Origin: Gammaproteobacteria bacterium
GTDB taxonomy: Bacteria > Pseudomonadota > Gammaproteobacteria > JACCYU01
DNA: 64,000 nucleotides
Reading direction: 5' to 3'
Assembly (NCBI GenBank): GCA_013695765.1
Contig: JACCZW010000062.1
Coordinates: 6,665-70,664 of the forward strand
Shown here: one piece after another, positions 51,501 through 61,982 of the stretch
How the letters are laid out: the number at the start of each line of letters is the position of its first letter
How positions within the stretch are numbered: the first letter of the stretch is position 1
Position numbers and translations under genes: made by a program
Notes under the pieces: generated by a model
The model's database searches: none
What the model saw: only the letters and a program-made list of their open reading frames with translations
What the model was told of the DNA's origin: nothing

Positions 51501-52648
51501 TGTTCGCTAATGCCCCGATCATTTACATGAGTTGTGATTTTTTGAGGTTGGCGGTCGACGGTGTGCGGCGGCTGCAACCGTACGAACCGGGCAAGCCGAT
51601 CGAGACGCTGGAGCGCGAGCTCGGTATCCGCGATTCGCTCAAACTCGCATCCAATGAAAATCCGCTGGGGCCCAGCCCGTTGGCGATGGCCGCCATGCAG
51701 CGGGAACTCGGCAGGGTTTCCGTTTATCCCGACGGTAATGGGTTCGCGCTCAAGGGGGCGTTGGCTGACTATCACCAGGTGGCGCGCGACTGCGTTACCT
51801 TGGGCAACGGCTCTAACGAAATTCTAGAGTTGGTTGCGCGCGCCTTCCTGCGACCCGGGCTGAACGCGGTGTTCTCGCGGCACGCATTTGCCGTGTACCC
51901 GATCGTGGTGCAGGCCGTGGGCGCTACAGCGGGGGTGGCGCAACCTAACGCGCCGGATCATGTCATGCCTTACGGGCATGATCTGACCGCACTCGCAAAC
52001 CTTGTCGATGGCGAGACAAGGGTGGTGTTCGTCGCCAATCCGAACAACCCCACCGGCACCTGGATCGATGGTGCGCGGCTGCGGCAGTTCATACGCGGTT
52101 TACCCGCCATCACTCTGGTCGTGGTCGACGAAGCCTATTTCGAGTACGTACAGGCGCCGGACTATCCCAACGCGGTGGCGTGGCTGGCGGAATGTCCTAA
52201 CCTTATCGTAACCCGCACGTTTTCCAAGGTTTACGGGCTCGCTGGCCTGCGCATCGGTTACGGACTTTCGCATCCCGCCGTCGCCGACCTGCTGAATCGT
52301 GTACGTCAGCCGTTCAACACCAGCAGTGTCGCGCAGGCCGCGGCGCTGGCGGCGCTGGATGACACCGGGCACGTGGCGGAAAGCCGCGAGATGAACAATG
52401 CTGGGCTGGCACAGTTCGCGGACGCGTTCGAGGCGCGGGGCTTGCGCATCATCCCCTCGGTGGGCAATTTTATTTGCGTCAACGTTGGCCGCGACGCTTT
52501 CGCGGTGTACCAGGCGTTGCTGCGCGAGGGCGTGATTGTGCGTCCCGTTGCGAGTTACGAACTGCCGGAGTATCTGCGCATCACCATCGGACGCGAGGCT
52601 CAGAACCGGCGTGTCGTCGACGCGCTGGACAAGGTGCTGAGCACTTGA
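51500..52648 (+). CDS. hisC: Histidinol-phosphate aminotransferase
   Basis: LQPYEPGKPIE, SNENPLGPSP, NPNNPTG, and TFSKVYGLAGLRIGY carrying the PLP lysine. True start may be the internal MSCDFL at 51527. Confidence 0.9.
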   Translation: MFANAPIIYMSCDFLRLAVDGVRRLQPYEPGKPIETLERELGIRDSLKLASNENPLGPSPLAMAAMQRELGRVSVYPDGNGFALKGALADYHQVARDCVTLGNGSNEILELVARAFLRPGLNAVFSRHAFAVYPIVVQAVGATAGVAQPNAPDHVMPYGHDLTALANLVDGETRVVFVANPNNPTGTWIDGARLRQFIRGLPAITLVVVDEAYFEYVQAPDYPNAVAWLAECPNLIVTRTFSKVYGLAGLRIGYGLSHPAVADLLNRVRQPFNTSSVAQAAALAALDDTGHVAESREMNNAGLAQFADAFEARGLRIIPSVGNFICVNVGRDAFAVYQALLREGVIVRPVASYELPEYLRITIGREAQNRRVVDALDKVLST

Positions 52649-53508
52649 TCCGGCGATTATGCGTGATCGGCGTGGGCCTGATCGGCGGCTCGCTGACGCT
52701 GGCGTTGCGTCGTGCCGGCGCGGTAGATGAGATCGTCGGCGCGGGGCGGGACGAATCGCATCTGCGCCGTGCTGTGGAACTCGGCGTGATCGATCGATTC
52801 GAGATCGACGCCGGCCGCGCGGTGGTCGGCGCGGACCTGACGGTTGTCGCCGTGCCGCTGGGCGCCATGCGCGCGGTGTTCGCCGCCCTCAAGGATCATC
52901 TGGCGCAAGACGCGGTGCTCACCGATGTCGGCAGCGCGAAGCACTCGGTAATCGAGGCCGCGCGAAACGTGTTCGGCGAATTGCCGACGTTTTTTGTTCC
53001 GGGTCATCCCATCGCGGGTACCGAGCACAGCGGCGTCGAGGCTGCTTTTGCCGAGCTTTATCGGGGCCGCAAGGTGATCCTGACACCGGTTGTGAATACC
53101 GATCGCAAGGCTATGCAAACCGTTAAATCCATGTGGGCGCAGGCGGGCGCAACTGTTGAGGAAATGGACGTCGAATATCACGATCGCGTGCTGGCCGCGA
53201 CCAGTCACTTGCCGCACGTGCTCGCGTATGCGCTGGTCGAGAGCTTATCGCGGCTGGATGACCGCGACGAGATTTTCCGCCATGCTGCTGGGGGTTTTAA
53301 GGATTTCACGCGTATCGCCTCCAGCGACCCCGTGATGTGGCGCGATATCCTGCTGGCGAACGGCGATGCGATCCGCTCGCTGATCGGCCGCTATCGCGAT
53401 GATCTGGCGCGCATCGAAGACGCCATCCTGAGAGAGGACGGGCCGAGCCTGCAGGCCCTGTTTGCGCGCGCCAAGCAGGCGCGCGACGGGCTCGCGATCG
53501 GTGACTGA
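52645..53508 (+). CDS. tyrA: Prephenate dehydrogenase
   Basis: Rossmann motif VIGVGLIGGSL plus a prephenate dehydrogenase C-terminal domain. The ORF-track start at 52474 is an upstream extension overlapping hisC; a TTG at 52645 or GTG at 52663 is more likely. Confidence 0.85.
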   Translation: MIRRLCVIGVGLIGGSLTLALRRAGAVDEIVGAGRDESHLRRAVELGVIDRFEIDAGRAVVGADLTVVAVPLGAMRAVFAALKDHLAQDAVLTDVGSAKHSVIEAARNVFGELPTFFVPGHPIAGTEHSGVEAAFAELYRGRKVILTPVVNTDRKAMQTVKSMWAQAGATVEEMDVEYHDRVLAATSHLPHVLAYALVESLSRLDDRDEIFRHAAGGFKDFTRIASSDPVMWRDILLANGDAIRSLIGRYRDDLARIEDAILREDGPSLQALFARAKQARDGLAIGD

Positions 53509-53558
53509 TCCCGAGAATGATCGTGGCGTGTGAGCCGTCCGGCGACTCCAATCCGACC

Positions 53559-54887
53559 ATGCGCGGGACACAACGTCAGTTAAGCTTTTGTACGCGACCG
53601 GGCGGCAGCCTCAACGGTATATTACGGGTGCCAGGCGACAAGTCCATCTCGCACCGCGCGCTCATGTTCGGGGCGATTGCGGAAGGGACGACGCGCGTCG
53701 CGGGCTTTTTGCATGCACAGGACTGTCTGGCCACGGCGCGTGCGTTCCGTGCCATGGCCGTGCGGATCGACTTCGCCGAAGACAGCGGCGTGACAATCGA
53801 AGGCGTGGGTCTGCACGGGCTCAAACCGCCGTCCACGGCCCTGGATATGGGCAATTCCGGCACTTCGATGCGGCTACTGGCGGGGCTGCTGTGTGGGCAA
53901 ACGTTCGCATCGAAACTCGTCGGCGACGCTTCGCTGATGCGCCGTCCCATGAGCCGTATTGCCGAGCCCTTGACGTGCATGGGTGCGGCTATCCACACCA
54001 GCGCGCAAGGCACCGCACCGCTGATTATCGAGAGCAGCGGCGAGCTGTGGGGCATCGCGTATAACATGCCGGTGGCGAGCGCACAGGTCAAATCCTGTCT
54101 ATTGCTGGCCGGCGTTTATGCGCGGGGCGTAACGTCTATCACCGAGCCCGCCGTGACCCGCGACCATACGGAGCGGATGTTGCGTGCGTTTGGCTACCCG
54201 CTGCGGGTGGCAGGCGATACCGTAAGTGTCCGTGGCGGCGGCAGGCTTATCGCGTGCGACATCGAAGTACCCGCGGACATTTCCTCCGCGGCGTTTTTCA
54301 TGGTCGGCGCCAGCATCGCGCCGGGGTCGGATGTGATGCTGGCGCAGGTTGGCGTCAATCCCACTCGTCGCGGCGTGATCGACATCCTGCGACTGATGGG
54401 TGCGGATATCGAATTGGTCGATGAGCGCACCGTCGGCGGTGAGCCGGTGGCGGATCTGCGCGTACGGTACGCGCCGCTTACCGGCATCGAAATTCCGCCT
54501 GCACTGGTGCCGCTGGCGATCGACGAGTTTCCCGCGATTCTCATCGCAGCGGCATGCGCAACGGGGGAAACGGTGTTGACCGATGCCAAGGAACTGCGGG
54601 TCAAGGAGAGTGATCGCATCCAGGTGATGGCCGCGGGATTGCAGGTTTGCGGGATCGGCGCCACGCCTGCCGACGATGGTATGCGCGTGCGCGGCGGGCG
54701 GCTGCGCGGCGGCGTGATAGAAAGCCACGGCGATCATCGCATCGCCATGGCGTTCGCGATTGCCGGAGCGGTGGCGGACGGTGAGATTGTCATTAATAAT
54801 TGTGAGAACGTCGCGACGTCATTCCCGGGCTTTGCCGCGCTGGCCACGGGCGCGGGCTTGAGTATTTCAGAGCAGTTTTGCGCGTGA
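53559..54887 (+). CDS. aroA: 3-phosphoshikimate 1-carboxyvinyltransferase (EPSP synthase)
   Basis: LRVPGDKSISHRALMF, LDMGNSGTSMRLLAG, and KESDRI near the C-terminus. Confidence 0.9.
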   Translation: MRGTQRQLSFCTRPGGSLNGILRVPGDKSISHRALMFGAIAEGTTRVAGFLHAQDCLATARAFRAMAVRIDFAEDSGVTIEGVGLHGLKPPSTALDMGNSGTSMRLLAGLLCGQTFASKLVGDASLMRRPMSRIAEPLTCMGAAIHTSAQGTAPLIIESSGELWGIAYNMPVASAQVKSCLLLAGVYARGVTSITEPAVTRDHTERMLRAFGYPLRVAGDTVSVRGGGRLIACDIEVPADISSAAFFMVGASIAPGSDVMLAQVGVNPTRRGVIDILRLMGADIELVDERTVGGEPVADLRVRYAPLTGIEIPPALVPLAIDEFPAILIAAACATGETVLTDAKELRVKESDRIQVMAAGLQVCGIGATPADDGMRVRGGRLRGGVIESHGDHRIAMAFAIAGAVADGEIVINNCENVATSFPGFAALATGAGLSISEQFCA

Positions 54888-55576
54888 CAGGCGCGGCGCC
54901 GGTGATCACCATCGATGGCCCCGGCGGCGCCGGCAAGGGCGCGGTCAGCAGCCGCCTTGCGAGTCATCTGAGATACGGCCTGCTCGATAGCGGCGCGCTT
55001 TATCGCGCGCTGGCGCTAGCGGCGCGGCGGCACGGCATTTCTCTGGATGCGGTTTCCGATCTGGCAGGTCTGGCGACTGGCTTCAACGTTGTATTCAGCA
55101 CCGAACCGGGCGCCGGACGCCGCGCATGGCTGGATGGCGAGGATCGTACCGAAGCGTTGCGCTCGGAGAGCTGCGGTGACATGGCGTCCCGACTGGCGTC
55201 CATCCCGGCGGTGCGCGAGGCGCTTGTGTTTCGTCAGCGCGCGTTTCGAAAAGGGCCTGGGCTGGTCGCCGAGGGCCGCGATATGGGTACGGTGATATTC
55301 CCCGACGCCACGCTCAAGATATACCTGACGGCGAGCCTCGAAGAACGTGCCCACAGGCGTCATAAGCAGTTGATGGCGCTAGGGATTGGTGCTAAGCTCG
55401 CCGACCTTCTGGAAGAATTGAGCGCCCGTGACCAGCGGGATATGCAACGCAAGGCCGCACCGCTCGCACCCGCGGTGGATGCGGTTATCGTTGATTCTAC
55501 GGGAAGAAATATCGATCAGGTGTTTGCAGGCGTCGTGCGCCTTGTGAACGAACGTCAACCAACCTCGAGGGATTGA
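54878..55576 (+). CDS. cmk: Cytidylate kinase
   Basis: P-loop ITIDGPGGAGKG plus NMP-binding blocks. Overlaps the aroA 3' end, as in other aroA-cmk-rpsA operons. Confidence 0.9.
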   Translation: MRVTGAAPVITIDGPGGAGKGAVSSRLASHLRYGLLDSGALYRALALAARRHGISLDAVSDLAGLATGFNVVFSTEPGAGRRAWLDGEDRTEALRSESCGDMASRLASIPAVREALVFRQRAFRKGPGLVAEGRDMGTVIFPDATLKIYLTASLEERAHRRHKQLMALGIGAKLADLLEELSARDQRDMQRKAAPLAPAVDAVIVDSTGRNIDQVFAGVVRLVNERQPTSRD

Positions 55577-55614
55577 TTGCAGTAATCCCTTAAGTCTATG
55601 AGTCCAGTCAATCC

Positions 55615-57288
55615 ATGAGTGAAAGCTTTGCGCAGCTGTTCGAAGAGAGCCTGAACAATATTCAAATGCGACCCGGCACCATTATCAATGGTACCGTCAT
55701 CGACATCCGCAACGACACCGTAATCGTCAACGCCGGTCTCAAGTCCGAAGGTGTTATCCCCATCGATCAGTTTCGCAGCGAACGCGGCGAGCTTAATGTG
55801 CATGTCGGCGATATCGTGGAAGTCGCGCTGGATGCGGTCGAAGACGGCTTCGGCGAGACCAAGTTATCGCGCGAAAAGGCGCGGCGCGCGCGGTCTTGGG
55901 CGGTGCTGGAACAGGCTTTCGAAGCAGGCGAGGCTATAACGGGCAGCATTACGGGCAAGGTCAAGGGTGGTTTCACCGTAGAGGTGGGCGACATCCGCGC
56001 CTTCCTGCCGGGTTCGCTGGTCGATGTGCGCCCCGTACGCGACACGACTTATCTCGAAGGCAAGGAGCTTGAATTCAAGGTGATCAAGCTGGACCAGCGA
56101 CGCAACAACGTGGTGGTTTCACGCCGCGCGATCGTTGAGTCCGAATACAGCGCCGAGCGCGAGGCGCTGCTGGAGAATCTTCGCGAAGGACACGTGGTCA
56201 AGGGCATCGTCAAGAATCTTACCGATTACGGCGCGTTTCTGGATCTCGGCGGCGTAGACGGGCTGCTGCACATCACCGACATGGCGTGGAAGCGCGTCAA
56301 GCACCCTTCGGAAGTCGTGAATATAGGCGATGAAATCGACGTGAAAGTTCTCAAGTTCGACCGGGAACGCAGCCGCGTGTCGCTGGGCTTGAAGCAGCTC
56401 GGCGAGGATCCGTGGGTGGACATTTCGCGGCGTTACCCCGAGCGCACCCGTCTGTTCGGCAAGGTAACGAACATTGCCGACTACGGCTGTTTCGTGGAAG
56501 TCGAGGAAGGCGTGGAAGGGTTGGTGCACGTGTCCGAGATGGACTGGACCAACAAGAACGTCAATCCGTCCAAGATGGTTTCTCTGGGCGATGAGGTCGA
56601 GGTTATGATTCTCGACATCGATGAAGATCGGCGTCGCATCTCGCTCGGCATGAAACAGTGCCTGCCGAATCCGTGGGACGATTTCGCCGCTTTGCATAAC
56701 AAGGGCGACAAGGTTTCAGGCGTCATCAAGTCAATTACCGATTTTGGCATATTTGTCGGTCTGGACGGCGGCATCGACGGGCTGGTACACCTGTCCGACA
56801 TCTCCTGGAACGTACCGGGTGAAGAGGCAGTGCGCAATTATAGAAAGGGCGAAGAGGTCGATGCGGTGGTGTTGTCCGTCGATTCCAGTCGCGAGCGTAT
56901 TTCGCTGGGCGTCAAGCAGCTAGATCGGGATCCATTTTCGAGTTTTGTTGCGGATAACCCCAAGGGCAGTGTCGTCAAGGGTGTGGTCAAGGAAGTCGAC
57001 GCCAAGGCAGCGATTATCAGTCTTGGCGACGGTGTCGAGGGTACGCTGCGCGCATCCGAGCTTGCGCGTGACCGGGTAGGGGACGTGCGCACCGTGCTGA
57101 ACGCGGGCGACGAAGTGCAGGCCAAATTCGTGGGTGTGGATCGCAAGAACCGCACAATAACGTTGTCGATCAAAGCCAAGGACTACGCCGAAGAAGCCGA
57201 AGCCCTGCAGGACTACAGTCATACCGGCGCTGCAACCACGTCGCTTGGCGATATTTTGAAGGAACAGATGGAAAACAAGGACAGGTAG
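55615..57288 (+). CDS. rpsA: 30S ribosomal protein S1
   Basis: Six S1 domains, 557 aa. Confidence 0.97.
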   Translation: MSESFAQLFEESLNNIQMRPGTIINGTVIDIRNDTVIVNAGLKSEGVIPIDQFRSERGELNVHVGDIVEVALDAVEDGFGETKLSREKARRARSWAVLEQAFEAGEAITGSITGKVKGGFTVEVGDIRAFLPGSLVDVRPVRDTTYLEGKELEFKVIKLDQRRNNVVVSRRAIVESEYSAEREALLENLREGHVVKGIVKNLTDYGAFLDLGGVDGLLHITDMAWKRVKHPSEVVNIGDEIDVKVLKFDRERSRVSLGLKQLGEDPWVDISRRYPERTRLFGKVTNIADYGCFVEVEEGVEGLVHVSEMDWTNKNVNPSKMVSLGDEVEVMILDIDEDRRRISLGMKQCLPNPWDDFAALHNKGDKVSGVIKSITDFGIFVGLDGGIDGLVHLSDISWNVPGEEAVRNYRKGEEVDAVVLSVDSSRERISLGVKQLDRDPFSSFVADNPKGSVVKGVVKEVDAKAAIISLGDGVEGTLRASELARDRVGDVRTVLNAGDEVQAKFVGVDRKNRTITLSIKAKDYAEEAEALQDYSHTGAATTSLGDILKEQMENKDR

Positions 57289-57367
57289 CGGGTGTCACCA
57301 GGCTCCACCAACTCGTGTCTTTCAGTGTGACGCACCCGATTGCCTTCTTCACATGCGCGGGCAAGCG

Positions 57368-57664
57368 ATGACCAAATCCGAATTAATTGAGAAGATTGCG
57401 CAGCAGCAAAGTCATCTTGCCTATCGGGACGTCGAGTTCTCGGTTAAGAGCCTGCTTGAGCAGATGAGTCGCGCGCTTTCGACCGGCAAACGTATCGAGA
57501 TTCGTGGCTTTGGAAGTTTCTCGCTTCATTTCCGCCCGCCTCGCACCGGCAGAAACCCAAAGACCGGGGACCCGGTATATTTGCCCGGCAAGCACGTCCC
57601 GCATTTCAAGCCAGGCAAGGCGTTGAGACAGCGGGTCAACGATTCACTCGTCGAGTCGGATTGA
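57368..57664 (+). CDS. ihfB: Integration host factor subunit beta
   Basis: MTKSELIE..., [22 protein letters not shown] (HU/IHF arm). Confidence 0.9.
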   Translation: MTKSELIEKIAQQQSHLAYRDVEFSVKSLLEQMSRALSTGKRIEIRGFGSFSLHFRPPRTGRNPKTGDPVYLPGKHVPHFKPGKALRQRVNDSLVESD

Positions 57665-57852
57665 TCGCAACGTCGGGTGGCTCCGCGATCGGATGGTATA
57701 AATTTTCTGCGTGCGTCGCCACCGTGACCAGTGGCGGTAGCGTTTGACCGTCGGCCGCCTTCCACATCACGCCCGGGGGCACCCATGCGTCCAGCCGACC
57801 ACCTGTTTTTTCTGCATCGCCGGCACGCAAACCCCGCATGAAGACCGGCTGA

Positions 57853-59073
57853 ATGATTGATCTGCTCTGGCTGTTGGTGCCCGCCGCGGCTCTATCGGGG
57901 TGGTACACGGCCGGCCACTCGATAAGGAATCGGGCCGAACGGCCTGCCGTCCAGTTCCCCGATGACTACATCAAGGGCCTAAACTTCCTGCTCAACGAGC
58001 AGCCGGACAAGGCGCTCGAAGTGTTCATGCGCATCGACGAGGTCGATTCGGACACGGTCGAGACGCACATCGCACTTGGCAATCTTTTCAGACGTCGGGG
58101 CGAAGTCGAGCGCGCCATTCGCATTCATCAGAATCTGATTGCCAGAGACAACCTGCATCCGGACCACCGCGCGGATGCGCTGCTGGAATTGGCCAAAGAT
58201 TATTTGCGGGCGGGACTGCTGGATCGCGCGGAGGACCTTTTCAAGGAAGTTATAAATATCGGCGGGCAGGTGCCGCAAGCCTATAAGCATCTGCGTGAAA
58301 TTTACGAACAGGAGAAAGACTGGCAGCAGGCGATCGATGCCGCCGTACGCTGGCAGCGGGAATGTGGCGTGTCACAGGGTGAGGTGATCGCGCATTATCA
58401 TTGCGAACTGGCCGATGCCGGTATGATCGACAGTCAGCACGGCAGCGCGCTGCGACACGCGCGACAGGCGCTGGTTCACGACCCGGATTGCGTACGCGCG
58501 AGCATTCTGCTCGGCGACCTGGCTTTTGCGCAGGCGGATTACTGTATCGCCATTAAATTTTATAGCGATGTGCATCGCCAGAAACCGGATTTCATCCCGC
58601 TGGTGCTGCCAAAGCTTAAAGAGGCTTTCGCGCGACGCGGCGATTTCGTTGGCCATCAAAAATTATTGCGGCACATGCGGGATCAGCATGGAGGCCTCTC
58701 GGTCACTCTGGACGTAGTCGACAGCCTGAAACAGTTTAAGGGACCTGGGGCTGACACTGTTTTGTCCGAAGAGATGGCCCGGCCTTTGGTGTCCTTAAGG
58801 ATGATCACGGAGTTTATCCGGCTGAAAACGGGGAATGGGCCGAACCATGAACCCGTTTTGCGCGCGATCGGCAATGCGCTGGATGCGCATGTGCGGCGTC
58901 AGGCCTCGCATTTGTGCTATCGCTGCGGACTGGAGACCAGAGCCTTGTACTGGCAATGCCCGGGCTGCCATGGCTGGGGGACGGTGAAGCCCATCGATCC
59001 CCCTGGCAATGCGCTAAAATCGGCGCCACAACCTGCGCCGGCCAGACAGTGGCGCGCGTCCGCCGGCAAATAA
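57853..59073 (+). CDS. lapB: Lipopolysaccharide assembly protein B (LapB/YciM), TPR plus rubredoxin-like metal-binding C-terminus
   Basis: Collinear with E. coli LapB from the TM N-terminus (LLWLLVPAAALSGWY) through GNLFRRRGEVERAIRIHQ to CYRCGLETRALYWQCPGCHGWGTVKPI. Confidence 0.9.
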   Translation: MIDLLWLLVPAAALSGWYTAGHSIRNRAERPAVQFPDDYIKGLNFLLNEQPDKALEVFMRIDEVDSDTVETHIALGNLFRRRGEVERAIRIHQNLIARDNLHPDHRADALLELAKDYLRAGLLDRAEDLFKEVINIGGQVPQAYKHLREIYEQEKDWQQAIDAAVRWQRECGVSQGEVIAHYHCELADAGMIDSQHGSALRHARQALVHDPDCVRASILLGDLAFAQADYCIAIKFYSDVHRQKPDFIPLVLPKLKEAFARRGDFVGHQKLLRHMRDQHGGLSVTLDVVDSLKQFKGPGADTVLSEEMARPLVSLRMITEFIRLKTGNGPNHEPVLRAIGNALDAHVRRQASHLCYRCGLETRALYWQCPGCHGWGTVKPIDPPGNALKSAPQPAPARQWRASAGK

Positions 59074-59291
59074 ACGGCGCCGGCAGATTTACGTACGCGC
59101 CCGTTCGATCAGCATCACCACAGCCCTGACAAGGATCGATGTTTGAGTTACCCTGCGAGATACTGAACGCTCCGTTGCAAGTACGTTGTGTACTTAGATA
59201 AAAGTGTGCCTTTAAGGTAAATATTGCTTGTCGCGGCTTTCTAGCAGGGGCTGCTTAATTATGAACTTCAACACTCCAGGCGCAGCGCATT

Positions 59292-60188
59292 TTGAACAAG
59301 AAGATTCGTAAGGCGGTTTTTCCGGTCGCGGGGCTCGGCACACGCTTTCTTCCCGCGACCAAAGCCAATCCCAAGGAAATGTTGCCCGTGGTCGACAAGC
59401 CGCTCATTCAATATGCGGCGGAGGAAGCGGTCGCGGCCGGCATCGATGTATTGATCTTTATCACGGGCCGCAGCAAGCGTTCCATACCGGATCATTTTGA
59501 CAAGGCGTATGAACTTGAGGTTGAGCTCAAGGCGCATAAGAAAGACAGCATGCTGGCGCTGGTGCAGGAAATAGTGCCCCCGCAAGTTACCTGCGTATAC
59601 ATCCGTCAGGCGGAAGCGCTGGGGCTGGGACATGCCGTGCTCTGCGCGCGGCACGTAGTCGGCGACGAGCCGTTCGCGGTGATCTTGGCCGACGATCTGA
59701 TATCCAGTGATAGTGGCGGCTGTCTCAGCCAGATGGTGGACATTTACAATCAGCGGCAAAGCGGGCTAATCGGCGTACAGCAGGTGCCGCGAGAAGACGT
59801 GCATAGTTATGGCATCGTCGAGGGCGAGTCGGTCGATGAGCGCCTGTGGAAGATCAATAGTATGGTGGAAAAGCCCAAGCCCGAGGAGACGTCTTCTAAT
59901 ATCGCGATCGTTGGCCGCTATATACTGACGCCATCGATCTTTGACTGCCTGACTCGCGTGAAGCGCGGCGCTGGCAACGAAATCCAGTTAACCGATGCAA
60001 TCGCCGGTCAGCTCGAGCGCGAAGCAGTTTTCGCCTATGAATTCGAGGGCAAGCGGTACGACTGCGGCAACAAACTTGGCTATCTGGAGGCGACCGTGGA
60101 ATACGCGCTCAAGCATCCCGAGTTGCACACACGGTTTCGTGATTATCTCAAAGCGCTCGATGTGGAGTCGATCGGACCGCCAAAGTAA
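59292..60188 (+). CDS. galU: UTP--glucose-1-phosphate uridylyltransferase
   Basis: [39 protein letters not shown] start. Confidence 0.9.
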   Translation: MNKKIRKAVFPVAGLGTRFLPATKANPKEMLPVVDKPLIQYAAEEAVAAGIDVLIFITGRSKRSIPDHFDKAYELEVELKAHKKDSMLALVQEIVPPQVTCVYIRQAEALGLGHAVLCARHVVGDEPFAVILADDLISSDSGGCLSQMVDIYNQRQSGLIGVQQVPREDVHSYGIVEGESVDERLWKINSMVEKPKPEETSSNIAIVGRYILTPSIFDCLTRVKRGAGNEIQLTDAIAGQLEREAVFAYEFEGKRYDCGNKLGYLEATVEYALKHPELHTRFRDYLKALDVESIGPPK

Positions 60189-60210
60189 TTTTCCAACTTC
60201 CACCACGACC

Positions 60211-60813
60211 TTATTCGAATCTGAAGACGTATTCCTGCGTATTGTTTTGCAGTAAATAGGTGCGTTCAGTCACAAACCCCGTCATTTTTCTTTGCAGCGT
60301 CGGCATGCTGTAAGGCGAGTGTGGGCGCGGCTCGCCATCATTCGATGCATATTGCAGACAATCCTCGGTTAGCACCGTAAAGCGCGAGGGGGTGCCGGGC
60401 ATCTGCTTGCCGTTGTACATTATAGCGAACAGCAATGTTCCTCGTTTGCTGAACTCATGCAGGCGCGCAACCAGCGTGTCCAGACCGTCAGGCGTCAGGT
60501 AATTCAGCAGATCCCATGCAAGCAACACGTCGAACTGACACTGTCCGGCGTCCGATAGAATCCGTTTGGCGGCCCTGGACGCACCCGGATTTGTTCCCTC
60601 ACGCGGCGCATTGATTTCACCGAGCATCAACGCCAGATGCTCGACATAGACCTTGCAATGAAGGCTTGAGAGGAACTCGATATTGCGTGTAATCGCGGTG
60701 CCCAGATCTAGCGCCCATTGCCGCTTTCCCGTGCGTAGATGATGCGCAATCAGGTTGAAGCCAGGTGAATGGATGCCTTGCGCGCTTGCTTGAGCGTGTT
60801 GGTTGCGGCGCAT
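60211..60813 (-). CDS. Class I SAM-dependent methyltransferase-like protein (hypothetical)
   Basis: Motif I-like ALDLGTA and a post-I acidic pocket (VLLAWDLLNYL). No confident family assignment. Confidence 0.5.
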   Translation of the reverse strand: MRRNQHAQASAQGIHSPGFNLIAHHLRTGKRQWALDLGTAITRNIEFLSSLHCKVYVEHLALMLGEINAPREGTNPGASRAAKRILSDAGQCQFDVLLAWDLLNYLTPDGLDTLVARLHEFSKRGTLLFAIMYNGKQMPGTPSRFTVLTEDCLQYASNDGEPRPHSPYSMPTLQRKMTGFVTERTYLLQNNTQEYVFRFE

Positions 60814-60975
60814 TGAAGCCTAAAAAACTCTGTCGTGAGCAATGGAAAAAATGGTAACGGCGCACCCGGAGTCATGCCGCCTTAAACACTGCTTGACCAG
60901 TATGCCTGACGCATTTTGATTATCCAGCAGAGACTATACCGACTTGACGTGCGGCCCGCTGACCAGCGAATTTTC

Positions 60976-61500
60976 CTAGCCGTTTTTTGCGGTACCGCCA
61001 TGCGCGATCGCCTCAGAAACCCTCTCTTGACTCGCGCCACTCTTTGCACTCTTGGGTTCCATATCGATGCTGCCCTTGAATTTGGCGCCGTCTTCGAGGC
61101 TGACGCGGGGCGCGACGATGTTGCCGCGGACATCTCCGGATTGCTTGATAACGATGCGCTCGTCACCATACAGATCGCCTTCGACCTTGCCTTCCACCGT
61201 GATAATTCTTGCACGGCAATTGGCCTTGAACGACCCTTGCGCGCCTACCGTCAGATTGTTCTTTTTCAGCTCGATGGAGCCTTCGACGTGTCCCTGTATG
61301 ATCAGGTCCTCATCGCCGAAAAGTTCGCCCTTGATGCGGATGCTGGCACCGATAACGGCCGGCAGCGTCCGCCGGTCAGCGCCAGCGTATTTTGAAGAAG
61401 GGGTCTCGGTGGTCACCGGTTCGGTAATATTCTGCTTTGATTCGCCGTTATCTGGCAATGTCGAACCAAAATTAACGGTATTATCGGATCTCTTGAACAT
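60976..61500 (-). CDS. Bactofilin-family cytoskeletal protein
   Basis: DUF583/bactofilin beta-helical repeats (VIGASIRIKGELFGDEDLIIQGHVEGSI ... VEGKVEGDLYGDERIVI ... VRGNIVAPRVSLEDGAKFKGSIDM) with disordered termini. Confidence 0.8.
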   Translation of the reverse strand: MFKRSDNTVNFGSTLPDNGESKQNITEPVTTETPSSKYAGADRRTLPAVIGASIRIKGELFGDEDLIIQGHVEGSIELKKNNLTVGAQGSFKANCRARIITVEGKVEGDLYGDERIVIKQSGDVRGNIVAPRVSLEDGAKFKGSIDMEPKSAKSGASQERVSEAIAHGGTAKNG

Positions 61501-61982
61501 CGGGGTTGCTCCTTTAAACGTTAGGAAAAAGACCGGATACAGGTCAAACGCGCATCAAATGGGCTGATGTACGTAAAGTTCCTACCGCAGCGCCCGAAAT
61601 AAGCGCCCTCGAGCAGTAAAAGCATGGCGTTTGTGCGGCAGGACTACCTGCAAACCGTTTATAGAGTATGGCAAAGCAACCGACCGAAGTCTGGGAGCCG
61701 AACCCGGCGGGGGTGCGAGCGGTAGTAAAAGACCGACTGGCTTGCCCTAAAGGTCGATGATCTGGCGAAATCCGCATTCGTGCGTGCCGCACTTGCGAGA
61801 GGAACAGCGGCATTAGATTTTTCTGCGCGCTTATGGCCCGTACACCCGAGAATGGCTCGTTTTTGAACGCTCGGCGCCTTTGGGCGCGTGGTTTTAACGG
61901 CGCCTATTGACCGACCGGCGGTGTAGGCGAACGCGCATGGCTCGCGCTATAACCAGTGTTGGTTCTACCAAACGAGAGAAAA

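Noticed and set aside
52474-52648. ORF-track start of tyrA at 52474, overlapping 175 nt of hisC
   Set aside because: The first 57 codons are Arg-rich noise within hisC. A TTG at 52645 or a GTG at 52663 directly precedes the Rossmann motif and gives a typical prephenate dehydrogenase length.
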